Shown in pieces: positions 20,099 to 29,430 of a DNA stretch of 64,000 nucleotides; position 1 is the first letter of the stretch; each line of letters opens with the position of its first letter. Under the pieces are notes generated by a model. That model searched no databases. It was not told where the DNA came from and worked only from the letters and a program-made list of their open reading frames with translations. The stretch covers positions 10,243 to 74,242 of the forward strand of contig CANRHZ010000004.1 of NCBI GenBank assembly GCA_947630535.1, in the 5' to 3' direction. The translations under genes were made by a program, and so were the position numbers. This DNA comes from Candidatus Gastranaerophilales bacterium. GTDB lineage: Bacteria > Cyanobacteriota > Vampirovibrionia > Gastranaerophilales > Gastranaerophilaceae.

Positions 20099-21442
20099 TT
20101 ATTCTCCAATTAACTTACCAAAAAGCTCACCAAATTCGGGAAAAGAAGTATCAACCCAGCCGAAATCCTTAATCAAATTGGTTTTACTTGATAATAAAGA
20201 TGCAACATAAAGGCTCATTGCAATTCTGTGGTCATTATAACAGTTTAATTCAACTCCGCCTTTGAGTTTATTTTTACCTTCAATTATAAACCCGTCATCA
20301 GTTGGTACAATATTTGCGCCGAGCTTTTTTAATTCCAAAGAAGTGCAATCAATGCGGTTGGATTCTTTATTCTTTAAGTCCTTGGCATCTTTTATAACGG
20401 TTTTTCCTTCCGCAAAAAGCGATAAAACCGCAATAACAGGGATTTCATCAATCAGTCTTGGTATAATATCTCCTTCTATAGTGCAACCTTTTAGATTTGG
20501 AGAGTATTTAACCCTGATATCTCCAATCAGTTCATTGTTTTTGGTTTTTAAATCAAGAATTTCAATATTCCCGCCCATCATGTTTAAAACATCAATAATT
20601 CCTGTCCTTGTAGGGTTAAGACCAACATTTTTAATTAAAATATCACTGCCTTCTATTATAGATGCCCCGACAATGAAAAATGCGGCCGAGGATATATCCC
20701 CCGGTACATAAATATCTTTTGGAACAAGAAATGAGTTTCTTATTGTGGTATAAAACCCGCAAGATACGGAAGATGCAAGCTCAAGCGCCTTAATATCGGA
20801 CATAATGCCGTAATCAATATCTGCATCAAAGTATTTTAGCATTAGCTCGGAATGGTTTCTTGATAAATAGGGTTCAACAACGGCAGTCATACCTGATGCA
20901 AAATATCCAGCAATCAACAAAGATGATTTAACCTGTGCGGATGGAATTTTTGTATCAAATGTAATTCCTTTTAATTTTTGGCCTTTAATGTTTAAGGGAG
21001 CCCTATTATCGTTAGAATTTATTTTAGCCCCCATCAGTGAAAGAGGTTCTATAATTCTTCTCATGGGACGTTTTGAAAGGCTTGCATCTCCGATTAGGGT
21101 TGATGAAAAATTCTGCCCGGATAAAAGCCCCGATAAAAGGCGCATTGAAGTTCCCGAATTTCCGCAATCAAGGCCGGTATCAGGTTTTTTATACCCCGAT
21201 TTGGAATTTAAAGTAAGATTTTTTTCATCCTTAAATACAATATCCACCCCCAACTGTTTTAGTATGTTTAAGGTACAAATACAGTCTTTACCTTTGGAAA
21301 AATTAGATATATTAACCACTCCCCCCGTTAACGAGCCCAAAATGAGCGCCCTGTGCGAAATAGATTTATCGGAAGGAATTATTATTTCGCCCGAAAGAGG
21401 TTTATTTAGAGGGTTTACGGTTATATCATTCATTTTCTGCAA
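20099..21442 (-). CDS. aroA: 3-phosphoshikimate 1-carboxyvinyltransferase (EPSP synthase)
   Basis: 447 aa. PSDKSISHRALIL, GNSGTSMRLL, KESNRI and DHRIAMS motifs. Confidence 0.95.
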   Translation of the reverse strand: MQKMNDITVNPLNKPLSGEIIIPSDKSISHRALILGSLTGGVVNISNFSKGKDCICTLNILKQLGVDIVFKDEKNLTLNSKSGYKKPDTGLDCGNSGTSMRLLSGLLSGQNFSSTLIGDASLSKRPMRRIIEPLSLMGAKINSNDNRAPLNIKGQKLKGITFDTKIPSAQVKSSLLIAGYFASGMTAVVEPYLSRNHSELMLKYFDADIDYGIMSDIKALELASSVSCGFYTTIRNSFLVPKDIYVPGDISSAAFFIVGASIIEGSDILIKNVGLNPTRTGIIDVLNMMGGNIEILDLKTKNNELIGDIRVKYSPNLKGCTIEGDIIPRLIDEIPVIAVLSLFAEGKTVIKDAKDLKNKESNRIDCTSLELKKLGANIVPTDDGFIIEGKNKLKGGVELNCYNDHRIAMSLYVASLLSSKTNLIKDFGWVDTSFPEFGELFGKLIGE

Positions 21443-22277
21443 GTTTCCTTACAAAGTTTGGAACCATAAAGACACCGTAATGCAAATCTGTATTATACAG
21501 TTTTGATATTTTTTCAATTTCTTTTGCACGGTTAATGTCTTTAATTTGGTTGTTTTCATCATTAGAACAAAAAGCAAAACTCCAATATCCGCCGGGATAC
21601 GTTGGTATAGGGCCGCAATATGGCATAACCGTATTAAATACTTTATGAAGAAGGATATACATATTTCTCATTTCATTTTTGTTTGCAAAAGGGGATTCCG
21701 ATTGAGGGGTAACAATACCGCCTTCCCTTAGGCTTTCTTTTACATTGTTGTAAAATTCCTCGGTAAATAAACCGACCCCGGGACCCATAGGATCGGTAGA
21801 ATCAATCAAAACAACGTCATAACAATTTTTTTTATCTTTAATAAATTTAATTGCATCTTCAACATAAATTTTGACCCTGCTATCGTCAAGTTTGGATGAG
21901 ATTGTAGGAAGAAATTTTTTGCTTGCCTCAATTACAAGAGAATCAATTTCGCATAAATCAACATTTTCAACACTTGAATGCTTTAGAACTTCTCTTACGG
22001 TACCGCCGTCACCCCCGCCGATTACAAGAACATTTTTTGGGTTTTTATGAGAATTTAGAGGAATGTGAGCAATCATTTCATGATAGAAAAATTCATCCTC
22101 AACGCTTGTCATCATAAGCCCGTCCAATGTTAAGACATTTCCAAGCCCCGTGGATTTAAATATTTCAACCTTTTGGAATTTAGATTTTTCAGAATATAGG
22201 TTGCCTCCCTCTTTTTCAATAATTACACCGTATTTTAGCGGGTTAATTTCTTTATAGTATTTGTTTTTAAATAACAT
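21426..22277 (-). CDS. speE: spermidine synthase
   Basis: LDGLMMTSVEDEFFYHEM, VIGGGDGGTVRE, DSTDP motifs. Overlaps aroA by 17 nt. Confidence 0.93.
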   Translation of the reverse strand: MLFKNKYYKEINPLKYGVIIEKEGGNLYSEKSKFQKVEIFKSTGLGNVLTLDGLMMTSVEDEFFYHEMIAHIPLNSHKNPKNVLVIGGGDGGTVREVLKHSSVENVDLCEIDSLVIEASKKFLPTISSKLDDSRVKIYVEDAIKFIKDKKNCYDVVLIDSTDPMGPGVGLFTEEFYNNVKESLREGGIVTPQSESPFANKNEMRNMYILLHKVFNTVMPYCGPIPTYPGGYWSFAFCSNDENNQIKDINRAKEIEKISKLYNTDLHYGVFMVPNFVRKLAENE

Positions 22278-22363
22278 AAAAATTGTACTCCGAATAAATA
22301 ATTGACTAATTTATAAAAAATTATACAAAAAAATCAAATTTTTTGATAGAATAAGTTAAAACT

Positions 22364-22675
22364 GTGAAAACTATGAAAAAAAATATTCTGCAAACTTTTG
22401 AGGACTTTTTAAGAGAACCTTTAAGTATCTTAAAAAAAACAATTATTCATATAACAGGTATTGACACTTCTGACAATACCAAATCTATTGCGGTTGAAAA
22501 AACACAAGACGGCATTCAAATTAACGTAATTAATTCACAAAAAGCGTACAATCTTTTATCTTCCGTTATGTATAAAAGACAGATATGCGAATTGAGGCAT
22601 CTTATAAATGAAAATAAAACTCGCAAAATTCAGCAAAAGTTCACCGGATATAAAATCGGCACCAACGTACAATGA
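22364..22675 (+). CDS. possible small hypothetical protein (uncertain)
   Basis: Open frame filling the speE-engB gap, but it overlaps the well-supported engB start by 68 nt. No motif recognised. Confidence 0.3.
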   Translation: MKTMKKNILQTFEDFLREPLSILKKTIIHITGIDTSDNTKSIAVEKTQDGIQINVINSQKAYNLLSSVMYKRQICELRHLINENKTRKIQQKFTGYKIGTNVQ

Positions 22676-23189
22676 AACTGAATTTGCACTTTTAGGACGT
22701 TCTAACTCGGGAAAGTCCTCTTTTATTAATTCTATAACGTTAAACGGAAAACTTGCCAAAACTTCTAACACACCGGGGAAAACAAGGCTTATAAACCATT
22801 TTGAAATAACGACAGATAAAGGGCTTTTCATTATTGCGGATTTGCCCGGATACGGATATGCAAAAGTTTCAAAAACCACCCAAAAAGAATGGCAAAAAAA
22901 CCTTGAAAATTACCTTTTAAAAAGGGAGAATTTAGGGCACTGCTTTTTATTTATCGACTCAAGACACGGGCTTTTGGATAACGATATGCAAATGGTTGAC
23001 TGGCTTATTTTAAACAAAGTGCCTTTTATAAACATTCTTGCAAAATGCGACCTTGTAAAACAAAATGAAATATTAAAAAGAAAAAAAGAAATTGAATACT
23101 TTACAAAAACAATGTGCATGCCTTTTTCAATAAAAAAACCAATCTATAGGGATAAAATTTTAGATTTCATAGAATTTAATATAAATTAA
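22608..23189 (+). CDS. engB: ribosome biogenesis GTPase EngB/YsxC
   Basis: G1 GRSNSGKSS, G3 DLPGYG, G4-like AKCD. N-terminal region resembles B. subtilis YsxC. Confidence 0.92.
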   Translation: MKIKLAKFSKSSPDIKSAPTYNETEFALLGRSNSGKSSFINSITLNGKLAKTSNTPGKTRLINHFEITTDKGLFIIADLPGYGYAKVSKTTQKEWQKNLENYLLKRENLGHCFLFIDSRHGLLDNDMQMVDWLILNKVPFINILAKCDLVKQNEILKRKKEIEYFTKTMCMPFSIKKPIYRDKILDFIEFNIN

Positions 23190-23199
23190 TAAATTTGCC

Positions 23200-23466
23200 A
23201 TGCCAATAAAAAAAATTCAAAATGTTTGTATGGAATTTTGGGGTTTGATAGAAAAAACAGAATTAAACAAAATAATTAAAGAGGCAAAAAGGTCTTGCGT
23301 AAATGATGCCCTAAAAAGACTCAAAGAATTTGACCCTATGAATGAAACTTTTTTTAAGTATGCCATGCCAAATGACACCCCAAATCTTCTGATTAAAAAA
23401 AGAGTAACAACAAACAAGCTTCTTTTAAAGAAAAGAGAAAAAGAGCTAAAAAAGCTATTAGGATAA
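23200..23466 (+). CDS. hypothetical basic protein (88 aa)
   Basis: ORF 10 nt after engB; Lys-rich C-terminus; no family recognised. Confidence 0.45.
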   Translation: MPIKKIQNVCMEFWGLIEKTELNKIIKEAKRSCVNDALKRLKEFDPMNETFFKYAMPNDTPNLLIKKRVTTNKLLLKKREKELKKLLG

Positions 23467-23496
23467 TAGACAAACTCAAAAGTTTAATGCTAAAAT
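23467..23496 (+). promoter_or_regulatory. sigma70-like promoter TAGACA-18nt-TAAAAT
   Basis: -35 TAGACA at 23467-23472 and -10 TAAAAT at 23491-23496. Predicted TSS near 23503, the first bases of the closing helix of the RNA below. Confidence 0.45.
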
Positions 23497-23501
23497 ATTA
23501 T

Positions 23502-23683
23502 TGCTTTATGCGGGTTTAAATTTTGTTCCTACATTTTACTAAAACGGGAGAGTAAGCTCTTAATAAAGGCAATTGAAGTATACCTTGGGCTTATTATAAG
23601 CTTTTTTAAAGGAAACGGATTTGCCGAGGCACTCACCCACCTGCCGGAGCTTGGCAGGTAACAAAATTCACCCGTATAGAGCA
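23502..23683 (+). ncRNA. ssrS: candidate 6S-like regulatory RNA (rod-shaped fold with central bubble)
   Basis: Hand-folded. 23502-23515 pairs with 23670-23683 (14 bp including 2 G.U). 23519-23527 pairs with 23660-23668 (9 bp). An open 18-nt A/U-rich strand at 23528-23545 lies opposite 23639-23659. 23546-23553 pairs with 23631-23638 (7 of 8). 23568-23572 pairs with 23621-23625. Apical hairpin at 23589-23601. The G.U pairs work only on the + strand. Confidence 0.45.
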
Positions 23684-23705
23684 CTATAAATAAAAAAGAG
23701 GAAGT

Positions 23706-24854
23706 ATGCCCTATAAATTTTTTATATCGCTTATCGTTATTATATTTACAATTATTCCTGCATTTGCAAAAAACGAAATAACATTTATTTACCTTAACGG
23801 CTCAAACACTAATACTCAAAACAGTAAGGAAGATTTTATTAAAGGAGTAAATAAACTCCATAACCAAATAATTCAAAACTTTGAATGCGACGCTTTTATA
23901 TACGGTTTTCTTCTTGAAGGAGGGAAATACAAAATAAATAAAACTCCAAATCCTTTTTATTGGGGGGATTTAAGCAAGGTTGAAATTGAACTTATAAAAA
24001 ACGATTTTGATTTTCTAAAACAAATAAGTCCAAAACCCGCAAACCATGTAAGAGAATTTATAGCACTCTGTTTGCATGATGCTATATGGGTATCAAAACA
24101 AGAAAATATGATGCCCATACTTGAAAATCTGCATAAAATCATAGTTGATGAATATAACAAAGGAAACAAAACCGCCCTTTTGGGATATAGTGCAGGAACT
24201 TTTATAGTCCACCAGTACATGTTTTTAAAAGTGCCCGTAATAAATTTAAAAGAAGCGATTTTAAGGTCAAATATAGAAAAAAAATACAAAGACTATGTTG
24301 CTGATATAAATATGGAAAACACATGCACAGATGCCCTTTTTAAAAACAGTCTGGTGAGATACGATATTGATAACAGATTTATATTTGAAGAAAATTTCAA
24401 CGACTACAAAACAAAAATCTCGAAGTTGAATGATGATACTAAAAAATACTGTGCTCCAAAAGATGCTCTTGTGGGCGGAATTAATTTTGCAAGCCCGTTT
24501 GCGCTTTTTTATAGCGACCTTTTTGATAAAGACTATAAAATGTCTGAAGAAATGGCGCTTGCATACAAATTCATAATTGAAAACAAACTTTTTTGGCTTA
24601 CCGTTAATTATTCTGATGACCCTTTGGGGTTCCCGCTTACAAGAAATGTTACATACAATGACATAAAAAACCTTACAAATCTTGAAATCAAAGACGGCGG
24701 GGGTTTTATATATGATAAATCAGACAAGCCTTCAAGAAGAACATTTTTGATGGCACATCTTTCATATTTTAATACCTCAAAAAGGTATGCAAAAATTCTC
24801 ACAGATGCTTTTATTGAAGGTTTTGAACACTTTTATATGACAAAAGAAGATTAA
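23706..24854 (+). CDS. secreted alpha/beta-hydrolase-like protein (putative lipase/esterase)
   Basis: N-terminal signal peptide (FFISLIVIIFTIIPAFA), nucleophile-elbow GxSxG (LLGYSAGTF), RBS AAGAGGAAG upstream. Confidence 0.6.
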   Translation: MPYKFFISLIVIIFTIIPAFAKNEITFIYLNGSNTNTQNSKEDFIKGVNKLHNQIIQNFECDAFIYGFLLEGGKYKINKTPNPFYWGDLSKVEIELIKNDFDFLKQISPKPANHVREFIALCLHDAIWVSKQENMMPILENLHKIIVDEYNKGNKTALLGYSAGTFIVHQYMFLKVPVINLKEAILRSNIEKKYKDYVADINMENTCTDALFKNSLVRYDIDNRFIFEENFNDYKTKISKLNDDTKKYCAPKDALVGGINFASPFALFYSDLFDKDYKMSEEMALAYKFIIENKLFWLTVNYSDDPLGFPLTRNVTYNDIKNLTNLEIKDGGGFIYDKSDKPSRRTFLMAHLSYFNTSKRYAKILTDAFIEGFEHFYMTKED

Positions 24855-24872
24855 ATCGTTATAATTTAAATT

Positions 24873-26219
24873 ATGAAAGAAAACATAGAATTAAAAATCC
24901 ATAACATAAAAACAAAAGCGTACGAAACCCTTGAGAATGTGCCTTTATATAAGTATAAAGGAGTGGTTTCAAAACTTGTGGGCCTGACGGTTGATGTTAA
25001 ACTTCCGGGGCTTAAAATCGGGGATTTATGTTATATACAAACATATACCGGAGAAAAAAAGGCTGCGGAAGTTGTTGCTTTTAAAGGCGAGATGGCACAA
25101 CTTTTGCTTTTATATGACGGCGAAGGAATAGGACAGGGCTCTTTGGTTGAAACAACGGGAGGCCCCATTATGCTTCCTGTCGGAGATTTTTTACTCGGAA
25201 GGCTCATAAACCCTCTTGGTGAGCCTATGGATAGCCGCCCCTTAGATTTAGAGGGGGCAGAATATGTAAACATAAACGGAAGCGTTCCTGATGCATTCCA
25301 CAGACCCATTATTAAAGACACAATATTTACGGGAATAAGAGCAATAGACGGACTTTTGACTCTTGGCGGCGGACAGAGAATGGGGCTTTTTGCAGGTTCG
25401 GGGGTTGGAAAAAGTACAACCCTCGGCATGATAGCAAGAAACTCGGAAGCTGATGTTAATGTTATGGCCCTGATAGGAGAACGTGGGAGAGAAGTCAAGG
25501 AGTTTATGGTAAATTCTCTCGGGGAAGAAGGTATGAAAAAATCAGTGATAGTCTGTGCTACAGGCGACCTGCCCCCTCTTATCAGGATGAAATGCCTGCT
25601 TGCGGCAACAAGTGTGTGCGAATATTTCAGAGATAAAGGAAAAAAAGTTTTTCTTATGACAGACACGGTTACACGTTGTGCCATGGCAGGCCGTGAAGTG
25701 GGGCTATCAATCGGAGAACCCCCCACAATGAAGGGATATCCGCCATCAATATTTTCATGGCTTCAAAGAGCGCTTGAAAGAACGGGAAATTCCGAACGTG
25801 GTTCAATAACGGCACTTTATACCGTTCTTATGGAAGGGGATGACATAACAGACCCCATAGTAGACATTGTAAGAGGTATAGTTGACGGTCACATTTTCTT
25901 ATCAAGGAAAGTTGCGGAACAAAACCATTATCCCGCCATTGATGTTTTAGGTTCTGTTTCAAGGTTGTTTACAGAAATAACGGATAAAGAACATCAGGCG
26001 GCAGCATCCAAAATGCGTCAATTGATGGCCTTATATAGAGAGAATAAAGACCTTATTGATGTTGGCATGTACCAATCCGGTTCAAACCCAAAACTTGATA
26101 TTGCAATACAGTTAATGCCTGAAATTAACGCATTTTTACAACAGAAAGTTTCGGATAAAGTTACAATGGAAGGCACAATTCAGACTCTTAAAGATATGAT
26201 GAGGGATGTTAACATATAA
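24873..26219 (+). CDS. fliI: flagellar/type III secretion ATPase FliI/YscN family
   Basis: Walker A GSGVGKST, ALIGERGREVKEF, Walker B VFLMTDTVTR, GSITALYTVLMEGDD, HYPAIDVLGSVSR. 448 aa. Starts 18 nt after the hydrolase gene. Confidence 0.9.
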   Translation: MKENIELKIHNIKTKAYETLENVPLYKYKGVVSKLVGLTVDVKLPGLKIGDLCYIQTYTGEKKAAEVVAFKGEMAQLLLLYDGEGIGQGSLVETTGGPIMLPVGDFLLGRLINPLGEPMDSRPLDLEGAEYVNINGSVPDAFHRPIIKDTIFTGIRAIDGLLTLGGGQRMGLFAGSGVGKSTTLGMIARNSEADVNVMALIGERGREVKEFMVNSLGEEGMKKSVIVCATGDLPPLIRMKCLLAATSVCEYFRDKGKKVFLMTDTVTRCAMAGREVGLSIGEPPTMKGYPPSIFSWLQRALERTGNSERGSITALYTVLMEGDDITDPIVDIVRGIVDGHIFLSRKVAEQNHYPAIDVLGSVSRLFTEITDKEHQAAASKMRQLMALYRENKDLIDVGMYQSGSNPKLDIAIQLMPEINAFLQQKVSDKVTMEGTIQTLKDMMRDVNI

Positions 26220-26365
26220 AAAAAACGGCATTCATAAATGAAAGCCGTGATGGATAGAATTAGTATTACGGAGTTTATAGAGGAGTTTACATCTACTATA
26301 ATAACCGTAAAAAAGTATTTTTGCGTCATGGCGCAAGTAAAATCCAAAAAATTTTACAAAACTTA

Positions 26366-26410
26366 ATAAAAAAGGCGGGAAACTCAATAATCCCGCCATT
26401 TTTATTTTTT
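26366..26410. terminator. bidirectional terminator between fliI and oadB
   Basis: GGCGGGA (26374-26380) pairs with TCCCGCC (26391-26397). An A-run lies before it and TTTTTATTTTTT after it. Confidence 0.75.
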
Positions 26411-26411
26411 A

Positions 26412-27584
26412 TTAATGACACATTGAAAGTAATACCCCTGCGGCAACCGCAGAACCTATAACACCTGAAACATTGGGTCCCATTGCGTGCATAAGCAGGT
26501 AATTTTGACTGTTTGCTTCCAGTCCTACCTTGTTAACCACTCTTGCTGCCATAGGAACTGCACTAACACCTGCTGCACCGATAAGCGGGTTAATGGGAGT
26601 TTTGGAACATTTGTTCATAATTTTTCCGAATATAACACCCATTGCAGTTGCAAGCCCGAATGCAACAATACCGAGGATTAAAATAAAGAGAGTCTGGACG
26701 GTTAAAAATTGACTTGCGGAAAGTTTTGAACCTACGGATAAACCGAGAAATATTGTAACAATATTTATAAGTTCATTTTGAAGGGTTTTGGATAACCTTT
26801 CAATAACACCGGATTCTCTTGCAAGATTACCGAATGCAAGTGCACCAATTAAAGGACAGGCATCAGGCAAAAGTAAAATACAAAGCCCGAGAACCAAAAG
26901 CGGAAATACGATTTTTTCCCTTTGTGAAACTTCTCTTAATTGAACCATTTCAATTTTTCTTTCAGCTTCTGTTGTTAGAAGCTTCATAATAGGAGGTTGA
27001 ATAACAGGAACTAGCGCCATATAAGAATATGCGGCAACCGCAATTGCGCCTAAAAGTTCAGGAGCAAGCTTGCTTGTAACATAAATTGACGTAGGGCCGT
27101 CAGCTCCGCCTATAATACCGATTGATGCGGCTTGAGGCATTGTGAAACCAAATAAGCATAACGCTAAAAGCAAAGCGCCGAATATACCAAATTGTGCCGC
27201 ACCCCCTAAAAGCGCAGTCTTGGGGTTAGCAATAAGAGGGCCAAAATCAGTCATTGCGCCAACACCCATAAATATAATTAAAGGAAACAACCCCTGATGA
27301 ATACCTGCTTCATATATTATGCCTAAAAAACCCGTAGGTTCCGCTATTCCTGCAAGAGGAATATTTGATAAGATGCCGCCAAAGGCAATCGGAACCAAAA
27401 GAAGGGGTTCAAATTGCTTTTTGATACCAAGCCACAATAAAAAGCAGCATACAACAAGCATAATCGGCATTCCAAATTGATGCAATACCTGTTCGCATCC
27501 TGAAAGTTCAGGGTCCGGCTGCAATATGATATTTGCAATACCTGTTGAAGTATAGAGGGCTTTTAAACTTTCTATAAAATTCAT
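26412..27584 (-). CDS. oadB: Na+-transporting decarboxylase beta subunit (OadB/MmdB/GcdB family)
   Basis: 390-aa polytopic membrane protein. Family-typical N-terminus and Gly-rich helices ([27 protein letters not shown]). Directly downstream of the alpha subunit. Confidence 0.9.
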   Translation of the reverse strand: MNFIESLKALYTSTGIANIILQPDPELSGCEQVLHQFGMPIMLVVCCFLLWLGIKKQFEPLLLVPIAFGGILSNIPLAGIAEPTGFLGIIYEAGIHQGLFPLIIFMGVGAMTDFGPLIANPKTALLGGAAQFGIFGALLLALCLFGFTMPQAASIGIIGGADGPTSIYVTSKLAPELLGAIAVAAYSYMALVPVIQPPIMKLLTTEAERKIEMVQLREVSQREKIVFPLLVLGLCILLLPDACPLIGALAFGNLARESGVIERLSKTLQNELINIVTIFLGLSVGSKLSASQFLTVQTLFILILGIVAFGLATAMGVIFGKIMNKCSKTPINPLIGAAGVSAVPMAARVVNKVGLEANSQNYLLMHAMGPNVSGVIGSAVAAGVLLSMCH

Positions 27585-27596
27585 TGAACTATCCCC

Positions 27597-29387
27597 CTAT
27601 CCGACAACTACCATTACTTGAGAGTTTTTAACCTGATCGCCGACAGAAACCTCAACACTTAAGACGGTACCTGAAACAGGAGATTTGATTTCGGTTTCCA
27701 TTTTCATAGCCTCAAGGACAAGGAGCACATCTCCCTCTTGAATTGAATCGCCTTCTGAAACATTTATCTTAAGGACGGCACCGGGGAGTGCTGCTTTAAT
27801 AGGTGTGCCTTCGGAAGGATTTGCGCCCTGTTTAGCTTCAATTCCTTCTTTAACCGATATATCGTATGCTTTACCGTTAACAATAGCCTTAGAGCCTTCA
27901 ATTCTGACGGCATACTTTTTGTTATTAACACTAACCGTATACCCGTCGGGAGTTTCTGAACTTTGGGCATCTTTTTTAACGTCGGCATTTTTTCTTACAC
28001 CAATCTGTCCTTTTCCTTGAAGGAAAAGTATGCCTTTTTCTTTGCAGGTGGCTGCAATGAATATATTTTCATCATTAACGGGAAGCCCTGCATCTTGAAG
28101 CATTTTTGTGGCGGGAGCAATTCCCTTGTTTGGGTCTTTATCATTAATTTCAAGAACAGTTTCCGTTGTTTTTGGCAATTCAAGCTGTTTTGATGCAAGT
28201 TCAACAATCTCGCTATCAGGTTCACAAGGTGTTTTACCAAAGTAACCGAGCACCATCTTGCCATATCCTTCGGTAATTTTTGCCCAATTACCAAACATAA
28301 CATTTGAATATGCCTGTTGGAAATAGAATTGAGAAACCGGAGTAACGGATGTTGCAAACCCGCCCTTTTCAACAACTTCTTTCATGGCGGCAACCACTTC
28401 GGGGAACCTGTCCATTGTACCGTTATCTCTCATCATCTGAGTGTTAGCGGTAAGTGCACCACCCGGAAGCGGGGATGATATAATCATAGGATTAACCGCA
28501 AGTGCTTCGGGGGGCAAGAAGTAATCTTTCATGCATTCTTTAAAAATTTCTTCCGTTTCCAATATCTTTTGAATATCAATGCCAAGGTCATAATCCGTAC
28601 CTTTAAGAGCATGCCAGAGAGATACAATATCAGGTTGAGCAGTACCGCCCGATACGGGTTTCATTGAAAGGTCAACACCGTCCGCACCGCCGTCAAGAGC
28701 GGCAATATATGCAGCAAGGCCTGTTCCTGCCGTTTCGTGAGAATGAAATCTGATATGAGCATCACTTCCTAAAATTTCACGGGTTCTTTTTATGGTTTCA
28801 TAGACTTTTCTTGGAGCTGACGTTCCTGAAGCATCCTTAAAGGCAAGGGAGCTAAATGGAATACCAGCTTCCAAAATGTTATTTAAAACTCTTATATAAA
28901 ATTCAACATCATGAGCGCCGCTGCAACCTATCGGAAGTTCCATCATTGTAATTGTAACTTCATGGTTTAAGCCGTTATCAACAATGCATTGACCGGAATA
29001 AATAAGGTTGTTTACATCATTTAGAGCATCAAAATTTCTTATGGTTGTCATACCGTGTTTTTTGAACATTTTGGCATGAAGATTTATTATGTCTTTTGGT
29101 TGAGAATCAAGCCCTACAACATTAACACCTCTTGCCAAAGTTTGAAGATTAACATCAGGGCCGACTGTTTTTCTGATTGTATCCATCATATCAAACGCAT
29201 TTTCTTTGCAATAAAAGATGGGTGACTGAAATCTGGCGCCGCCGCCAACTTCAAAATGGCGAATTCCTGCACTAACTGCAGATTCAAGAGCGGGCAAAAA
29301 GTCTTTTGTGAAAACTCTTGCTCCGTATACGGATTGAAAACCGTCACGAAACGAGGTATCCATAACTTTAATTTGTTTTTTTGTCAT
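27597..29387 (-). CDS. oadA: oxaloacetate decarboxylase alpha subunit / carboxyltransferase with biotinyl domain
   Basis: N-terminus DTSFRDGFQS (HMGL-like carboxyltransferase), C-terminal biotin attachment motif LEAMKMETEI, strong RBS GGAGAAAGAGG. Confidence 0.92.
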   Translation of the reverse strand: MTKKQIKVMDTSFRDGFQSVYGARVFTKDFLPALESAVSAGIRHFEVGGGARFQSPIFYCKENAFDMMDTIRKTVGPDVNLQTLARGVNVVGLDSQPKDIINLHAKMFKKHGMTTIRNFDALNDVNNLIYSGQCIVDNGLNHEVTITMMELPIGCSGAHDVEFYIRVLNNILEAGIPFSSLAFKDASGTSAPRKVYETIKRTREILGSDAHIRFHSHETAGTGLAAYIAALDGGADGVDLSMKPVSGGTAQPDIVSLWHALKGTDYDLGIDIQKILETEEIFKECMKDYFLPPEALAVNPMIISSPLPGGALTANTQMMRDNGTMDRFPEVVAAMKEVVEKGGFATSVTPVSQFYFQQAYSNVMFGNWAKITEGYGKMVLGYFGKTPCEPDSEIVELASKQLELPKTTETVLEINDKDPNKGIAPATKMLQDAGLPVNDENIFIAATCKEKGILFLQGKGQIGVRKNADVKKDAQSSETPDGYTVSVNNKKYAVRIEGSKAIVNGKAYDISVKEGIEAKQGANPSEGTPIKAALPGAVLKINVSEGDSIQEGDVLLVLEAMKMETEIKSPVSGTVLSVEVSVGDQVKNSQVMVVVG

Positions 29388-29430
29388 TTTTCCTCTTTCT
29401 CCTTATTAAAAAAAGTATCAATCAATATTT

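Noticed and set aside
20262-21506. Plus-strand ORFs (149 and 172 aa) antisense to aroA
   Set aside because: These are shadow frames within EPSP synthase, with no independent support.
23502-23683. Riboswitch controlling the downstream hydrolase/fliI genes (compared by eye with c-di-GMP-I/II, cobalamin, glycine, yybP-ykoY, M-box, TPP and T-box)
   Set aside because: None of the conserved core sequences I remember for these classes is present. There is no terminator or RBS-sequestering helix between the fold and the start codon at 23706. This is not excluded, only unsupported.
23502-23683. MITE-like element defined by the approx 20-nt terminal inverted repeats
   Set aside because: I noticed no second copy of the arms elsewhere in the 64 kb and no obvious target-site duplication. 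The G.U-compatible mismatches and the well-placed promoter favour an RNA. Only a genome-wide copy count can exclude a MITE.
25031-25726. 231-aa antisense ORF inside fliI
   Set aside because: It lies entirely within a strongly supported ATPase gene on the opposite strand. Its composition is low-complexity and Pro/Ser-rich, typical of shadow frames.
26065-26330. 52-aa minus-strand ORF (MTQKYFFTVIIV...) starting in the fliI-oadB gap
   Set aside because: It has no RBS, runs through a terminator-like hairpin into the 3' end of fliI, and has hydrophobic junk-like composition.
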